64,000 nt of DNA from Octopus vulgaris. Lineage: Eukaryota. The DNA lies in NCBI GenBank assembly GCA_951406725.2, contig OX597828.1:14880001-14944000 (forward strand). Direction: 5' to 3'. A model generated the notes under the pieces. It did not search any database. It was not told the origin of the DNA and saw only the letters and a list, made by a program, of their open reading frames with translations. Made by a program: the position numbers and the translations under genes. Position 1 is the first letter of the stretch, and each line of letters opens with the position of its first letter. This document shows positions 39,793 through 52,736 of this stretch, in pieces.

Positions 39793-40326
39793 GAGTGAGA
39801 GAGTGCATACCATCAAAATGACACTGGGGTACAAATATACAAAGCCCAATATACCCATCATGACTATGTGTCTGATAAGGGTACACCAGGCATATGCATT
39901 ACAACCACATGTGCATGACATGGTGATCTCCTATCAAGATAACTGTGCATGACCTTGCAGGAGGGGCCCAGTTAGAATTTTCTTCAGGTTGAGTGACCCA
40001 TTCCACTCAAAAGGTCTCTGAATAAGGGTTGTTTAAAGATGTTGAACGTAACACCCATTTTTCTGGAGGTGAATTATCCAAACCCCAAAGAATTCCTTGC
40101 AACACATGGCTATGATGTTCCCCTACTACTTCTACTCGTGATCAGAGATGCACATATCGTCTGCCACTAGCTAAGGTAAAAAAACTGACAAGCAAATCTA
40201 TGGTATTGAGCAGAATATTTGCTGTAGCCCATCTTTTATACCAAGACAAAACAATATACATGATAACACTTCCAATCAGTTAAGATAAGAAGCCATGAGA
40301 GCCACTGCCTGGTAATGCATCAGGGC
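39793..40326. mobile_element. Unclassified ~535-bp dispersed repeat embedded in (ATT)n
   Basis: Second copy at 56909-57362 has the same left boundary attattatt|GAGTGAGAGAG. Confidence 0.75.
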
Positions 40327-40578
40327 ATTTATTATTATCATTATTATTGTTGTTATTATTATTAAGGTTGTGAGCTAGCAGAATTGTTAGCATGCTGGAC
40401 AAAATGCTTGGTGACAGTTTGTCCATCTTTACATTCTGAGTTCAAATTCCATTGAAGTGGTCTTTACCTTTCGTCCTTTTGGGGTTGATAAAATAAACAT
40501 CAGTTGAACACTGGGTCAATGTAATTAACTGTCTTCCTTCCCCAAAACCTTAGGCCTTGCGCTTATAAAAAAAAAAGG

Positions 40579-40670
<92 letters not shown>
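40579..40670. repeat. (ATT)n microsatellite
   Basis: Direct inspection. Confidence 0.95.
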
Positions 40671-40674
<4 letters not shown>

Positions 40675-42256
40675 GATGATGATGAATATAAATAAGACTT
40701 TGACAAATCGAGCATCTGGAACCTGATTTTAATTCAGGTCAGAAATGTGCTTCCTTTATTTTGCTTAATACTCTTTGGAATGAAATGAATGTGCTAATTT
40801 ACCATAATTTCATTCTCTTTAAATCTGAGCTGCCATGCCTCTGTAACAAATCATTTATTTGTATATTTGATTTATTTATTTATTAATTTTTATAGTGGGG
40901 ATTTATTATTATTATTATTTTATACTATGCTCACATGAGGTCTAACAGTTCAGAAAATGAAATATACTTTCAGCATGAGAAATGCAATTCTCCTCTTCTT
41001 CCATCTCTTCCTCATCATCATCATCATCAGTACAGCATCATTATTATTGTTGAGGTAGATCTTCTAAGACTGAATATGCTAACCCTTGCTCTTTTTCTAA
41101 ACACGATAATATTTCCCCAAGACCAAACATGTTTTCATAGAAGATGGAAAATGAAAGACACTGCTTGAATGACAGTGATGCTTATTTACAACCACTGCAC
41201 AATGTGAAAACAAGGAGACACAAGCACACAGTATATGTGCATGTGTGTGTTTGCTGTTTGGTAAGAAGTTTGTGATAAGAAGGCAGTGAGCTGGCAGAAA
41301 CGTTAGCATGCCGGGCGAAATGCTTAGCAGTATTTCGTCTGCCGTTACATTCTGAGTTCAAATTCCACCAAGGTTGACTTTGCCTTTCATCCTTTCGGAG
41401 TTGGTAAATTAAGTACCAGTTACGCACTGGGGTCGATATAATCAACTTAATCCATTTGTCTGTCCTTGTTTGTCCCCTCTGTGTTTAGCCCCTTGTGGAT
41501 AGTAAAGAAATATATAATCGACTTAATCCGTTTGTCTGTCCCTGTTTGTCCCCTCTGTGTTTAGCCCCTTGTGGGCAATAAAGAAATAAGAAGTTTGCTT
41601 CCCAACCACATGATTCCAAGTTCAGTCCCTGCATGGCACTTTGGGCAAGTGTCTTTTACTATAGCCCTCGGTCGATTAAAGACTTGTGAGTGGATTTGGT
41701 AGACTGAAACTGAAAGAGGGCCCAACATATATATATGTGTGTGTGTGTGTGTGTATGTGTTTGTCCCACACACACGCGCACACACTGCTTGACAACTATT
41801 GTTGGTGTATTTATACTTCCATAACTTAGCACTTCAACAAAAGAGACGAACAGAATATCAGCATCTATTCAGACGCTGATGTTGCAAATAGCCAGCAGGC
41901 TTAATAAAAACTATTAGCTATGGAAGCATTATTAATTAGGTGTTCTAACAAGGCATCCATGTTGAGTTGGATATAATGACATACATACATACATACACGC
42001 ACACACTCACGCACACAATAGGAGTCTTTCGGTTTCCATCTCCCTAATCCACTCATAAGAAGGAACATTCAGCCATAAAATTTATTCTATAGCAGACATT
42101 GACGTTTGAAGCAGATCCTGTCAAACCATCCGAGCCTGTGGTAGAAGACACTTGCCCCAAGGTGCCACACAATGGGACTGAATCCCAAACCATATGGTTA
42201 AAAGTACATTTCTTAATTGCACTTCCATGCTTGCTCCTACAGTTGCCCTTTTTGCA

Positions 42257-42626
42257 ATTAAGTAGCTTACTTACCAACCATATGGTTCTAGGTTCAGTCC
42301 CACTGTGTGGCACCTTGGGCAAATGTCTTCTCTACTATAGCCTCGGGCTGACCAAAGCCTTGTGAGTGGATTTGGTAGACGAAAACTGGAAGAAGTCCGT
42401 TGTATATATGTATATGTATATATGTGTGTGTGTGTCTGTGTTTGTACCCCCAACATCGCTTGACAACCAATGGTGGTGTGTTTACATCCCCGTAACTTAG
42501 TGGTGCGGCAAAAGAGACCGATAGAATAAGTCCTGGGGTCGATTTGCTCGACTAAAGGCGGTGCTCCAGCATGGCCGCAGTCAAATGCCTGAAACAAGTA
42601 AAAGAGTAAAAGAGAGTAAGAGTAAA
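42257..42626 (+). mobile_element. SINE family A copy
   Basis: Near full-length match to 12962-13340. Confidence 0.85.
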
Positions 42627-43639
42627 GTGACACAAACCTTTTTTTTTCTTCTTGGAGCTGTTGAAATTGTGTAACTGTTGAACTGTGTAACAGTTTCAAG
42701 TAAGCTTCTATCTAAGACTTCCTTGTTCTTGAAACCAGTCCAGTATTGTCTTTTTGAAGTGTACAATTGTGTTTGGCCAGTGCATTTGTGTTTGTTTGTT
42801 TTGGGGGCAGGGGATGAGTTTCTGCTATTATTATTATTGGCTGACCTAATTTTGCTGCTGCATGAAGCAAATAGTCCCATGCCCTGCCCAAAACCATGAT
42901 GGCTGTAGTAATACAAGGTGGGAACAACATGCATGACTCATCAAAGAGGCATGCAATACAAACATATGACTATCAAAACATCCATTTTCTGTTTTTTCTT
43001 TTCACTAAATAACATGAGAAATCCCATCACTGTAAAATGTCCTCACTGTTGTTATTCATTTTCTCTCTGTTCTTGAATCCTATACACAGATTATATTTGA
43101 GGTTGTTGCTGTCATTTTTTTGTCTAACCCTAGACCAGTCTTTTCGCTACATTTGATGTGTCTTTTCTAATTGTGCTACCAATCCACTTCCACTTTTTCT
43201 TAAATATTTGCTCCCTAATCGAAACTTTACTGTGGAATCCGGATGGATATAGAAAGAAAGGTAAAAATAGCTGTTAAAATCGAACCGCACCCTTCAAAAC
43301 ATGCACTAAAAATAAGGATAAAATAAAATTACTACCTGCAAGTTGATGCAGGTAGTTTATCCTGTCCCCCTCCAACTTTTAGTTCATGCAATTGTAAAAA
43401 CCACATTATCTACGGGTTGACGCGATATTTACTTTTGTTCTACTTTGTAATAGCATTATATAGTATTAGGTATCAAAGTCCTTCGCTGTGCATTTCTTAC
43501 CAAGTCACTGATACTCTTTTCCGTGACTGTCAGCGACTAAGGTCACGTATGTACAACAAAATATTTTGATAGTTAATAATATATGAATATAATCTTAAAA
43601 TATAGCAATAATATAGACATAATGGTATACAATGGTTTG

Positions 43640-43858
43640 AAGGTGGCGAGCTGGCAGAAACGTTAGCATGCCGGGCGAAATGCGTAGCCGTATTTCATCT
43701 ACCATTACACTCTGCGTTCAAATTCCACCAAGGTTGACTTTGCCTTTCATCCTTCCGGGGTCGATAAATTAAGTACCAGTTATGCACTGGGGTCGATGTA
43801 ATCAACTTAATCTGTTTGTCCCCTCTGTGTTTAGCCCCTTGTGGGTAGTAAAGAAATA
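43640..43858 (+). mobile_element. SINE family B monomer with 16-bp TSD
   Basis: GGTGGCGAGCTGGCAGAAACGTTAGC head, GTTCAAATTCC B-box, tail ...GTAAAGAAATA. TSD GGTATACAATGGTTTG at 43624-43639 and 43859-43874. Other monomers at ~41281-41590, 48925-49155 (+) and 63157-63378 (-). Confidence 0.88.
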
Positions 43859-44386
43859 GGTATACAATGGTTTGTGTTTTGATCCTTTAGCGTTCAGATT
43901 ATTCTGTCAAATGTAATATTCATATTGTTTTGAATTAACCATGCATTGTCTTGTCGCTTTGAGATATAAGTATTATTGTTTATTTTTAGGATGACGTTGT
44001 AGGGTAGATGTAAGAGGCCAGTTTGAACATAAAACAGAATATTTCAGCCTAATATGGCTGGTTTAAATGCCCGAGATGGCTATCTTTCATGATTCTTCCC
44101 TAGTGCAAAATAAGTTTTATGTATATAATAGGTGCCGTTGTGGCTGTGTAGTTGAGAAACTGGCTTTCTAACCATGTGGTCTTGGGTTCAGTCCCACTGT
44201 GCAACACCTTGAGTATGTGTCTTCTGCTATAGCCCCTGGCTGACAAAAGCCTTGCAAGTGAATTTGATTGACGAAAACTGAAAGAAACCCATCACGTGTG
44301 TGTGTTTGTGTGTGTGTATGTGTGTATACCCTTGTCTTGATATCACATGATGGTTGTAAACAAGCTTCACCATCATACAAGGGAGG

Positions 44387-44573
44387 TTCCAATTCTATAT
44401 TTAAGAGATGAGGAATTATGTACATTATTTACAATTGACGGATATTTGTCCTTATCTTGTTTGTTGTTAACTCAACGTTTCGGCTGAAGGCTGGAGGGTA
44501 TATCAGCCGAAACATTGTGTTAACAAACAAGATGAGGACCAATATCCATCAATTGTAAATAATGCAAATAATG
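44387..44573. mobile_element. Fold-back element with hammerhead-like motif (Penelope-like remnant)
   Basis: ~63-bp inverted arms 44423-44487 / 44503-44564. GGCTG-loop-CAGCC-GAAAC at the centre. Flanked by TACAAG(g/t)GAGG duplication inside a SINE. Confidence 0.65.
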
Positions 44574-45661
44574 TACAAGTGAGGCTGTTCATTTCCAGTC
44601 TTCCATGGAAAACTGGTCTGGCCATAAGGAGATATCATTATATATTATATAACCTTTTAAACAGGTGAGGATTGGCAGCAAGGAGGGCAAATAGCTTCCA
44701 GTTGTCGAGTTGAGGCAGCAATGGATAGAGTTTAAAAAGTTGAAATTCTAAATTATTTTTTACCCTCTTTACTCAACAATGTAGTGACTTTCATTGCCTG
44801 CTTTTTTTTTTTACACTTCAGTTTGAGTGTTTCATGTAAACTACAAGATTTTATATTATAACCAAGATAGTCAAAAAGTTCTTTTTATTTGTTTGTGGCC
44901 TGCTTATTGGTACACTGTCGCAAAATGATGATTAAAAAAGACTTCAGTACTTATTAACTACCTGTTAATAAGTTCCGTACAAGTTAATTTTTCCTACTTA
45001 TCACTTGTTAACTGAAAATTCACAAAGCTGAAGGTACAAATGACAAAACAAAGCCATGTAAGATGCTTCGTTAGCATCCATATGGAAATGATAGATTAAT
45101 AATGAATTGAACCAAATATGAAGGTGTCAAGTAAGGGAGTCCGTGATTTACCACCTTTCGCCAATCAAATTTGGCCTTTGGCTCAGCTGACAGGTGTGTT
45201 CATCTACACAGCCGTCATTCTTAGCCAATACAGCTTGAGTTATGTACAAATTTGTTTAAATAAATTTATTCAAAAATACTTTTTTTTTTCTTAACCATAG
45301 AAAATTCTCATAAACATATAAAATCATTAATCGTAAACTTGAAAAGCAAGAACTACCTGTATATGAAAAGGAATAATTGAATATTTCTTTGTGTTTTTAT
45401 AAGGAGAAAAGAGACGGTGCCTATGAACTCTCTACCAGTTCTCTTTGAGTGGGGACATCACTGCAACTGTTAGGGCTATGCCCACAGAGGAAATGTGAGC
45501 AGAAGGGAACAGCATCTGGTCCAAAGGCTTATGACAAAGTGACCTCCACAAAAGACACTAAGAATCAAGTAGTCCTGTTAAATCTAGCAGTGTATTAGGT
45601 CTGCCAACTCTTATGTGTTTATTAAATGATCAGTATGGCTATCCTAAAATATAATAGACAC

Positions 45662-46184
45662 TCATTACCTATTTCTCTATCTTTGATCGCATTGTTTACG
45701 TAGACATAGTCATATATGAAACTTTCAATGCTGGCTCTAAGTTCTATTGCAAATGTATAGAGATAACTTAAAAGTGATTGAATCGCACTGCTAGCACAAA
45801 AAGTATGGACACAGTATTTAACTATTAAACCCTTAATATACTTGGTGGTATATTATGTTTGCAAAACAAAATGCGGTGTCCCTATCCGCAATTAATATGT
45901 ATGGTCCAGTTGCCGGGAATGTGTTCAATATGTAAATGGGTCTATCCAATAGTGTTACTCCGCTAAACTTAGCAGCTATTTAAGCAACATGTTCATGGAT
46001 GGTTAATGGGTGTTAATGGGTTGGATGTGATACCAAAAAAAGAGCAATAACTCCCAAAACATCCATATACACGCATTACCTATTTTTCCATCTTTGATTG
46101 CATTGTTTACATATTCATATACAAAACATTAACTTTCAGAGCTGGCTCTAAATTCTGTAGAAAATCTGTAAACATAACTTAAAA
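45662..46184. repeat. Pair of diverged ~110-bp direct repeats (45662-45773, 46074-46184)
   Basis: Both read CATTACCTATTT..ATCTTTGAT.GCATTGTTTAC...ACTTTCA..GCTGGCTCTAA.TTCT...ATAACTTAAAA. Confidence 0.75.
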
Positions 46185-47308
46185 ATAATATATTACACCA
46201 TCTATATATACATGTATATGAGAGAGTATGTGTGTGTACTACATTCATTGATCTTCCATAGCTACTGACAAAATGAAATCAGGTTTCTATCATGAACTGT
46301 AAAAGCGATTTTCTACATACTGTGAAGATAGAATACCTTTGTCACAAAGGAATATATTAATTACTTAACCAGTTACTTAGCATGTTTGACATTATCCTGT
46401 TAGTTGACATTGTTATACATATTCATCTTCCTAAATAACAGTCCTTATCTACCAATTCAAGTACACCATTAGGTACACATTAGTAACCTTTAGAGGAAGG
46501 AATTTTGTATTGTTGTTTAGCCCTGGGTCATTTTTGATTGGACAGAGTTATTTATGATCAAAAGTGTTCCCTGGTTCTCTTGTCCTCCTTGAGGGTTTGC
46601 TCTGGCACCTGCTTGTATCCTCTTTTGCTTCTTGAGGGTTTGTGCTAGTATCCCATCACCATTGTCTAATCTTCTCTCCAGCTACTCTCACTCGCCTTAT
46701 ATAATACAAGGTAGCCGTATATCTTCACTATAGCAAGATATCTGTGCTTGTCCATCTATCCTTCTTTAACTACCTCCCGAACACCTGGCACAAAGCCACC
46801 CCTCCTCCTCAAATACTTCCACACCCACACTTAGCCAAGAGGACTTTTCATTTTCTAATTTTTTTCCCTGTCTTGCAAGTTACTTAACCCCACCACTCAT
46901 ACCACTGGCATGTAAAAACAAAAAAATCACCAGTACCTACTGTAATGTGGTTGGTATTAGGAATGGCATCCAGGCATAGAAACCATGTCAAAATTAACAA
47001 TGAAGCACATTGCAGCCCTTTGGTTCACCAGATACAATCAAACCATCCAACCCATGCTAGCATGGAAAACAGATGTTTATTGATGATGATTATGTAGGAT
47101 CATATTATATGAAGTGTCCTTCCCTAAATAGTAGGGTATGATTTATCCTGATTGACCACAGTATATCTAATGAATATCATGCACTGTGAGTGCACTATAG
47201 AATTATGGTAAGCTGTCAGTAAACCAAATCTGCAATATGGGCCCAATTCCCGGTGGAAGACCTTTTCACTTCACTCTGATTTTCATCTGTAATCAATAGT
47301 CTGTAGGC

Positions 47309-47570
47309 CAGTGGCTCTCAACCAGGGTCCATATGGCCCTTGGTGGGGTCACTTAAGATTTTGTTATTAAAGTTCTTGTGCAATAAATTGGTTATACTAC
47401 AACGCACAAAATATTTTAACAGTTTTTTCATACAATTCTATGAAATATTTAATTATAAAAATATAATTTTTTTTTAAATTTTTATTTTAACACTGAATGG
47501 TTATGGAGGTCCAGTTGAGTAAAACAGGAATCAAAGGTGTCCACAGGCAAAAAATGGTTGAGAGTCACTG
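47309..47570. mobile_element. hAT (Charlie-like) MITE
   Basis: TIRs CAGTGGCTCTCAACC / GGTTGAGAGTCACTG. The 8-bp flanks ctgtaggc/ccatacac are degenerate with a central TA. Related partial ends lie near 60500-60612 and 61330-61403. Confidence 0.75.
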
Positions 47571-50398
47571 CCATACACAGTTGAACATTGTCAGGTTAAC
47601 TTACTATAAACACACTGCATATAAAGGAAACCTTCAGTGGTGGTCACCTAACAACCTTTTACGGACCACAATATGTTGCATGGGTTTAATCTATTATGAG
47701 TGTTAGTTTCTTTGTCAATTTAACTGAGATTGCATTACATCTATCACTTCCCTTGTGAACATATTGGTTTCATGGGTTTTTTTTCATTGTCATTTTTTCC
47801 TGGAGTCTTATTTTGTTACTTCCTGTTATTGAATTGTTCATCAAATCCTTAACTATAATTACATACAATCTTGTTTTTTTGCTTTTTTTTCTCCACCCTC
47901 CTCCTTTTACTTTCTGATTCTGCTTAAAAACTCGGTTATCTACAGGCAGCAGCTCATTTCAACACTCACTCCAAATCTTTGCTGTCATCATATACATAGT
48001 CTCTAACTCTAAAGTGTTTATCTTTACCATATTTCTGTTGAAATACATGGCCTTTGTTTCAGTTAATTTTCAAAATAATGAAGAATTTAATAAAATTACT
48101 TCGTCGTTATTAAGCTGGTGTCTGAGAGACATAAGTCACCATGAAATTTTAATGGAATATTTTTCTTTAGATCACTTTAAAGCAAGCATTTTGTATGACA
48201 GAACCATGGGTGGTCTTGAGTTTGATGAAACTGGCCCTATGAGCCAGGCATGGCTCGAGAAGGAACAAATAACCTTTAAAATAATTTTAGCACAAAGATA
48301 AATATACTGAATTGGTTCACAATGCTTGTGTGTTTAAGTCATTTTACACTTTCTCTTGTCTTGGCTCATCTCTATATTTCAACATGTTATCTTCATTAAT
48401 TGTTCTCTTACAGAAGTGAAATGACTGAAGATGACTTATAGAATTTAGGTTTTGAGTTTGGTTACAGTTGAAGCATTTTGTTGTGGATTAACCGCAGAAA
48501 AGCCCAGCCCTCAGAGAACAAACTTACAACCAAGACATTCTATCCATGACCATTCTGTCTTGTTTTCATAAACTGGTGTGCCCTTCCTTTTTACAAGATA
48601 GTAAGATGGTGATTGCTTAAACTATTGTCCACTTCAAAAATACCACCTGTTCCCTGCCTGCCTTCAGTAGAGCTCATTAGGTTGCAATTGTTTAGGCTGA
48701 GTCTCAAGTCTGAGTACAACTCCCCTACTTTTAGCATTCTTAGAGACTTTGAAAAGGACACAGATACTGTCCTTATTCTTGTGAATGAGGGGGATTTGGG
48801 TACTATTCCTAGTAGAATGAGTTACCACTTCATATTTTGTTGGTCAACATAAGTGGGCAAGTGTCTTCTACTATAGCTTTGGGCTGACAAAAGTCTTGTG
48901 AGAAGTTTTGGTAGACAGAAACTAAAAGGTGGCGAGCTGGCAGAAACATTAGCACACCTTCAAAATGCTTAGCAGTATTTCGTCTGCCGTTACGTTCTGA
49001 GTTCAAATTCCGCCTTTGTCGACTTTGCCTTTCATCCTTTTGGGCTCGATAAATTACCAGTTGCATACTGGAGTCGATGTAATCGACTTAATCCCTTTGT
49101 TTGTCCTTGTTTGTCCCCTCAATGTTTAGCCCCATGTGGGCAATAAAGAAATAAGAAACTAACAGAAGTCCATTGTGTATATATGTGTGTATACCCTTCA
49201 TTTTAACATCATGAATGATGGTTTATAAACAAGCATCCCCATCATACAGGCAATGTTTTTCATTTCCAGTTTTCCATGAAAAACGCTTGACTATGGGAAA
49301 TATTACTTTGCCTGGAAACAGATGAGGATTGGTGACAGGGAGGGCATTCAGCCATAGAAAACCTGCCTCAACAATTCTGTCTGACCTATGAAAGCATGGA
49401 AAAGTGGACACATAATGATGATGATTGTTGTTGTTGTTGCTGTTATTATACATTGCTCCATTAACTTAGTCATTGAGAATACCTGACCATCAGAATATGT
49501 TACTGCCATAGATAGATCTACTGTCCATGCAGAGATATGCTTTTTGTCCAAATATACTACCATCAATCCAGTGCTCACCATTAGCCGTTTTATGCTTCTG
49601 AATGTTGCGAAGATATTTATTGCTTGCCAAATGATCATATTGGTTTTAAATTTTGGCACAAGGCTAGCAATTTTGGGTGGGGGTCAGGGTGTGTAAATTG
49701 ATTACATCAACCCTCGGTGCTCAACTGATATTTATTTTATCAACTCCAAAAGGAATGAAAGTCAAAGTCGACCACAGCAGAATTTGAACTCTGAAATTAA
49801 AGACAGGTGACATGCCACTACGCACTCTGCTTGACGTGCAAACAATTCTGCCAGCTCATATAACCACCTCTCTCACCTTTTTCATATTACAATTGGACAA
49901 TACAGCACACATACTGTGGCCCCCTGGTGCGTAACAGATGCAATAATTATATTGGTTAAACACTCATTAATTTATATAATAAATATTAACTAATATGGTA
50001 AGTATGGCTATTATTCACCTCCACTTGAAATTGAAACTTGTATTATGTACTATTACTTTGTGAGGTTGTTGACCTTCACATAGAGAGTGATCACTGGTGA
50101 AACTGGATTGGCCAGTGTTGAGTGTACTTGCATAACATCTCGTGCATTGTGAAACACTCTTTGCAAGTTAGATGAGAAGTCTTCTACAGAGTTACTCTTA
50201 CTCTTATTCAGTTGTTGGATTGCAGCCATAATGGAGCACTACCTTGAAGGATTTTGTCAAACAAATTGTCCCCGGTACTTACTTTTAATATGGTACTTAT
50301 TTTATTGGTCCCCTTTGCTGAACTGCAAAGTTACAGGGATATAAACAAACCAATACCAATTGAAAACAGTGGTGATAGACAAAAACAAGGCACTTATA

Positions 50399-50768
50399 TC
50401 TATTATATAAAATCTGTTCTGTCTGTCTGTGTGTGTGTCTACTAGGATCTTGGGCATCCTCCATCCGATTGTGCTCAAATTTGATATATAGATACCAATG
50501 GTATCATGGCATGTATAAGTCTTGCAAAAATTACAAAAATTGATTCCAAGTGAGAGTGCAATTGATAAAATCGTGGGAACGTCCATTTGTAAAATCGTTT
50601 TTCTTGGAATATCTTTATTTCTTCTTTTGCTGGTGTCTCAAATTTAGGTTAAATCAGTGTTTCTCAAAGGGGTGACCTATGGGACAGTCGGACAAGTTGT
50701 TTTGAGAAAATTTGGTTCAAATGTTTGACAACTCAGCACTGTCCATTGGACGGGGGACATTTTGCTCG
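50399..50768 (+). mobile_element. Non-autonomous Helitron-like element, family 2, copy 2
   Basis: A|TCTATTATATAAAA start, hairpin CTGTCC-ATT-GGACGG, ends CTCG|T. Nested in a decayed minus-strand SINE. Confidence 0.7.
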
Positions 50769-51745
50769 TGTATTTGTTTTTAATTTTAATTTGATATATA
50801 TATATATATGTAGACACACACATATGAATATGCACAAGTTGGTGTTCAGTGGGACCAAGTCTAAAACAATGTTTGTAAAGTGAACTTCTTAACCACACAG
50901 CCCTACTCAAACTGTTGGAAACAGCAGCTAAATTTCTTTCAAATAACATCCTAATGTCTTAATGAAGGAAAGGGCTTTTAAATAATCTAGTCCCCAATGC
51001 CCCATAGTGATCATAGTTGAAATATTTCTGATCATAGGCCCCATATGGACAGATCTGATCTGGGGTCTAAACATCAGTTGGTAGAATCATTAGAGTATCA
51101 AACAAAATACCTTTGCAGTATTTATTTCAGTTGCTTACTTTCTGAGTTCAAATCCTGCTGAGGTTAACTTAGCCTTTTATTCTTCCAGGGTCAATAATTG
51201 GTCCAGAAAAAAATGAATCTTGGATGGTGGACTGGTAGAATTCTTAGAGCACTTGATGGGAGACCATGCAGTATTTGTTCATGCATTTCATACTCTGATT
51301 TCAAATCCCACTATGATTTACTTGGGTGGTTAGTTCACATTACTCTGTAAGGAGCATAGGGCTGGTTTCTCTGGCATATATACTCCTCTCTGAACAGGAC
51401 ACTAGTCCATCTGAGGATTACTCATTTTTACCAGCTGGAAGGACTGGAGTAACATGAAATGAAGCATCTTGCTCAAGAACACAACACATCACTCGGTCTA
51501 GGATTCAAAACCACAATCTTATGATCATGGGTCCAATGCCCTAACCACTAAGCCATGCAGCATGATTTACTTGAGTTGTAGACTTAATTTACTACAACCT
51601 GGCACTTTTAAATCCCGCCATGACCTACTTAGGTGGTAAACTTAATTTGTGACCTTGTTTGATATCACCACATAGCACTTTCCGTGCCTTTAAGCATTCA
51701 ATCAAGGTTTTCAATTTGAAGATATCTTCCTTGCACATCCTCCCA

Positions 51746-52217
51746 ATAACAGAAGCCCTGGCATCCATGCTAGTGGAGCACCAAGAGTACCATCCAAGCA
51801 TGATCGTTGCCAGAGCAACAAACTGGCTTCCGTGCCGGTGGCACGTAAAAAAGGCACCATTTGAGCGTGATCGCTACGTGCATCGCCTTACTGGCACTTG
51901 TGCTGGAGGCACATGAAAAAATATTCGAGCGAGGTCGTTGCCAGTGTCACTGAACTGGCTCCTGTGCAGGTGGCATGTAATAAACACCATTTGAGCATGG
52001 CCGTTGCCAGTACCGCCTGACTGGCCCATGTGTCAGTGACACATAAAAGCACCCACTACACTCTAGGAGTGGTTGGTGTTAGGAAGGGCATCCAGCTGTA
52101 GAAACTCTGCCAGATCAGATTGGAGCCTGGTGCAACAATCTGGTTCGCCAGTCGTCGGTCAAATCGTCCAACCCATGCTAGCATGGAAAGCGGACTTTAA
52201 ACAATGATGACGATGAC
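51746..52217 (+). mobile_element. SINE-like family D, longest copy: tandem ~65-nt hairpin units, V-domain-like core, RTE-type (GAT)n tail
   Basis: Core GGTTGGTGTTAGGAAGGGCATCCAGCTGTAGAAAC and tail CCAACCCATGCTAGCATGGAAAGCGGAC. 5'-truncated copies at 746, 2551, 10272, 24068, 24644, 37649 (-) and 38170, 39375 (+). Confidence 0.8.
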
Positions 52218-52705
52218 TGTCTCCTCTCCTGACTGACTATAAAGTAAAATAAGATCCTAGTAGTTCATTCATAATTTTATGTTACTAGCAAACTTTGTTG
52301 CAATCATTTTTACCTTTTCTTTATTACTATTTTATTCTCCATTTTTACTTATGACACATGTATCACTAAGAGATTTTGTCTTTCCATTCATCTGATACCA
52401 CATTTTCAATATAACCACCTCTCTCTCCTTTTTTTTTTTTTACTTTCTTTTCTTTCCATTTGTCATTTTATGTTAGGTAACAAGTTGATTAACCGGTTTT
52501 TCTGTTGTAAGAATTACAGTTCACTTCATTCCCAAAAACTTTGAAAACACTCCTTTAATGTTTGAATGTCATTGGTATAAACCAGTATGTACACTACTAC
52601 TATTACTATTACACCAGACTAGACTAGTTGTACTGGCATAAATGTTAAAATACCTTATCTGACATTAATAAACCATTTCAAGCTATATTTGAAGTTTAGC
52701 ATTCT

Positions 52706-52736
<31 letters not shown>

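Noticed and set aside
51800-52060. CRISPR-like repeat/spacer array
   Set aside because: Variable parts are only ~10 nt, units are degenerate and belong to a dispersed eukaryotic retroposon, and there are no cas genes.
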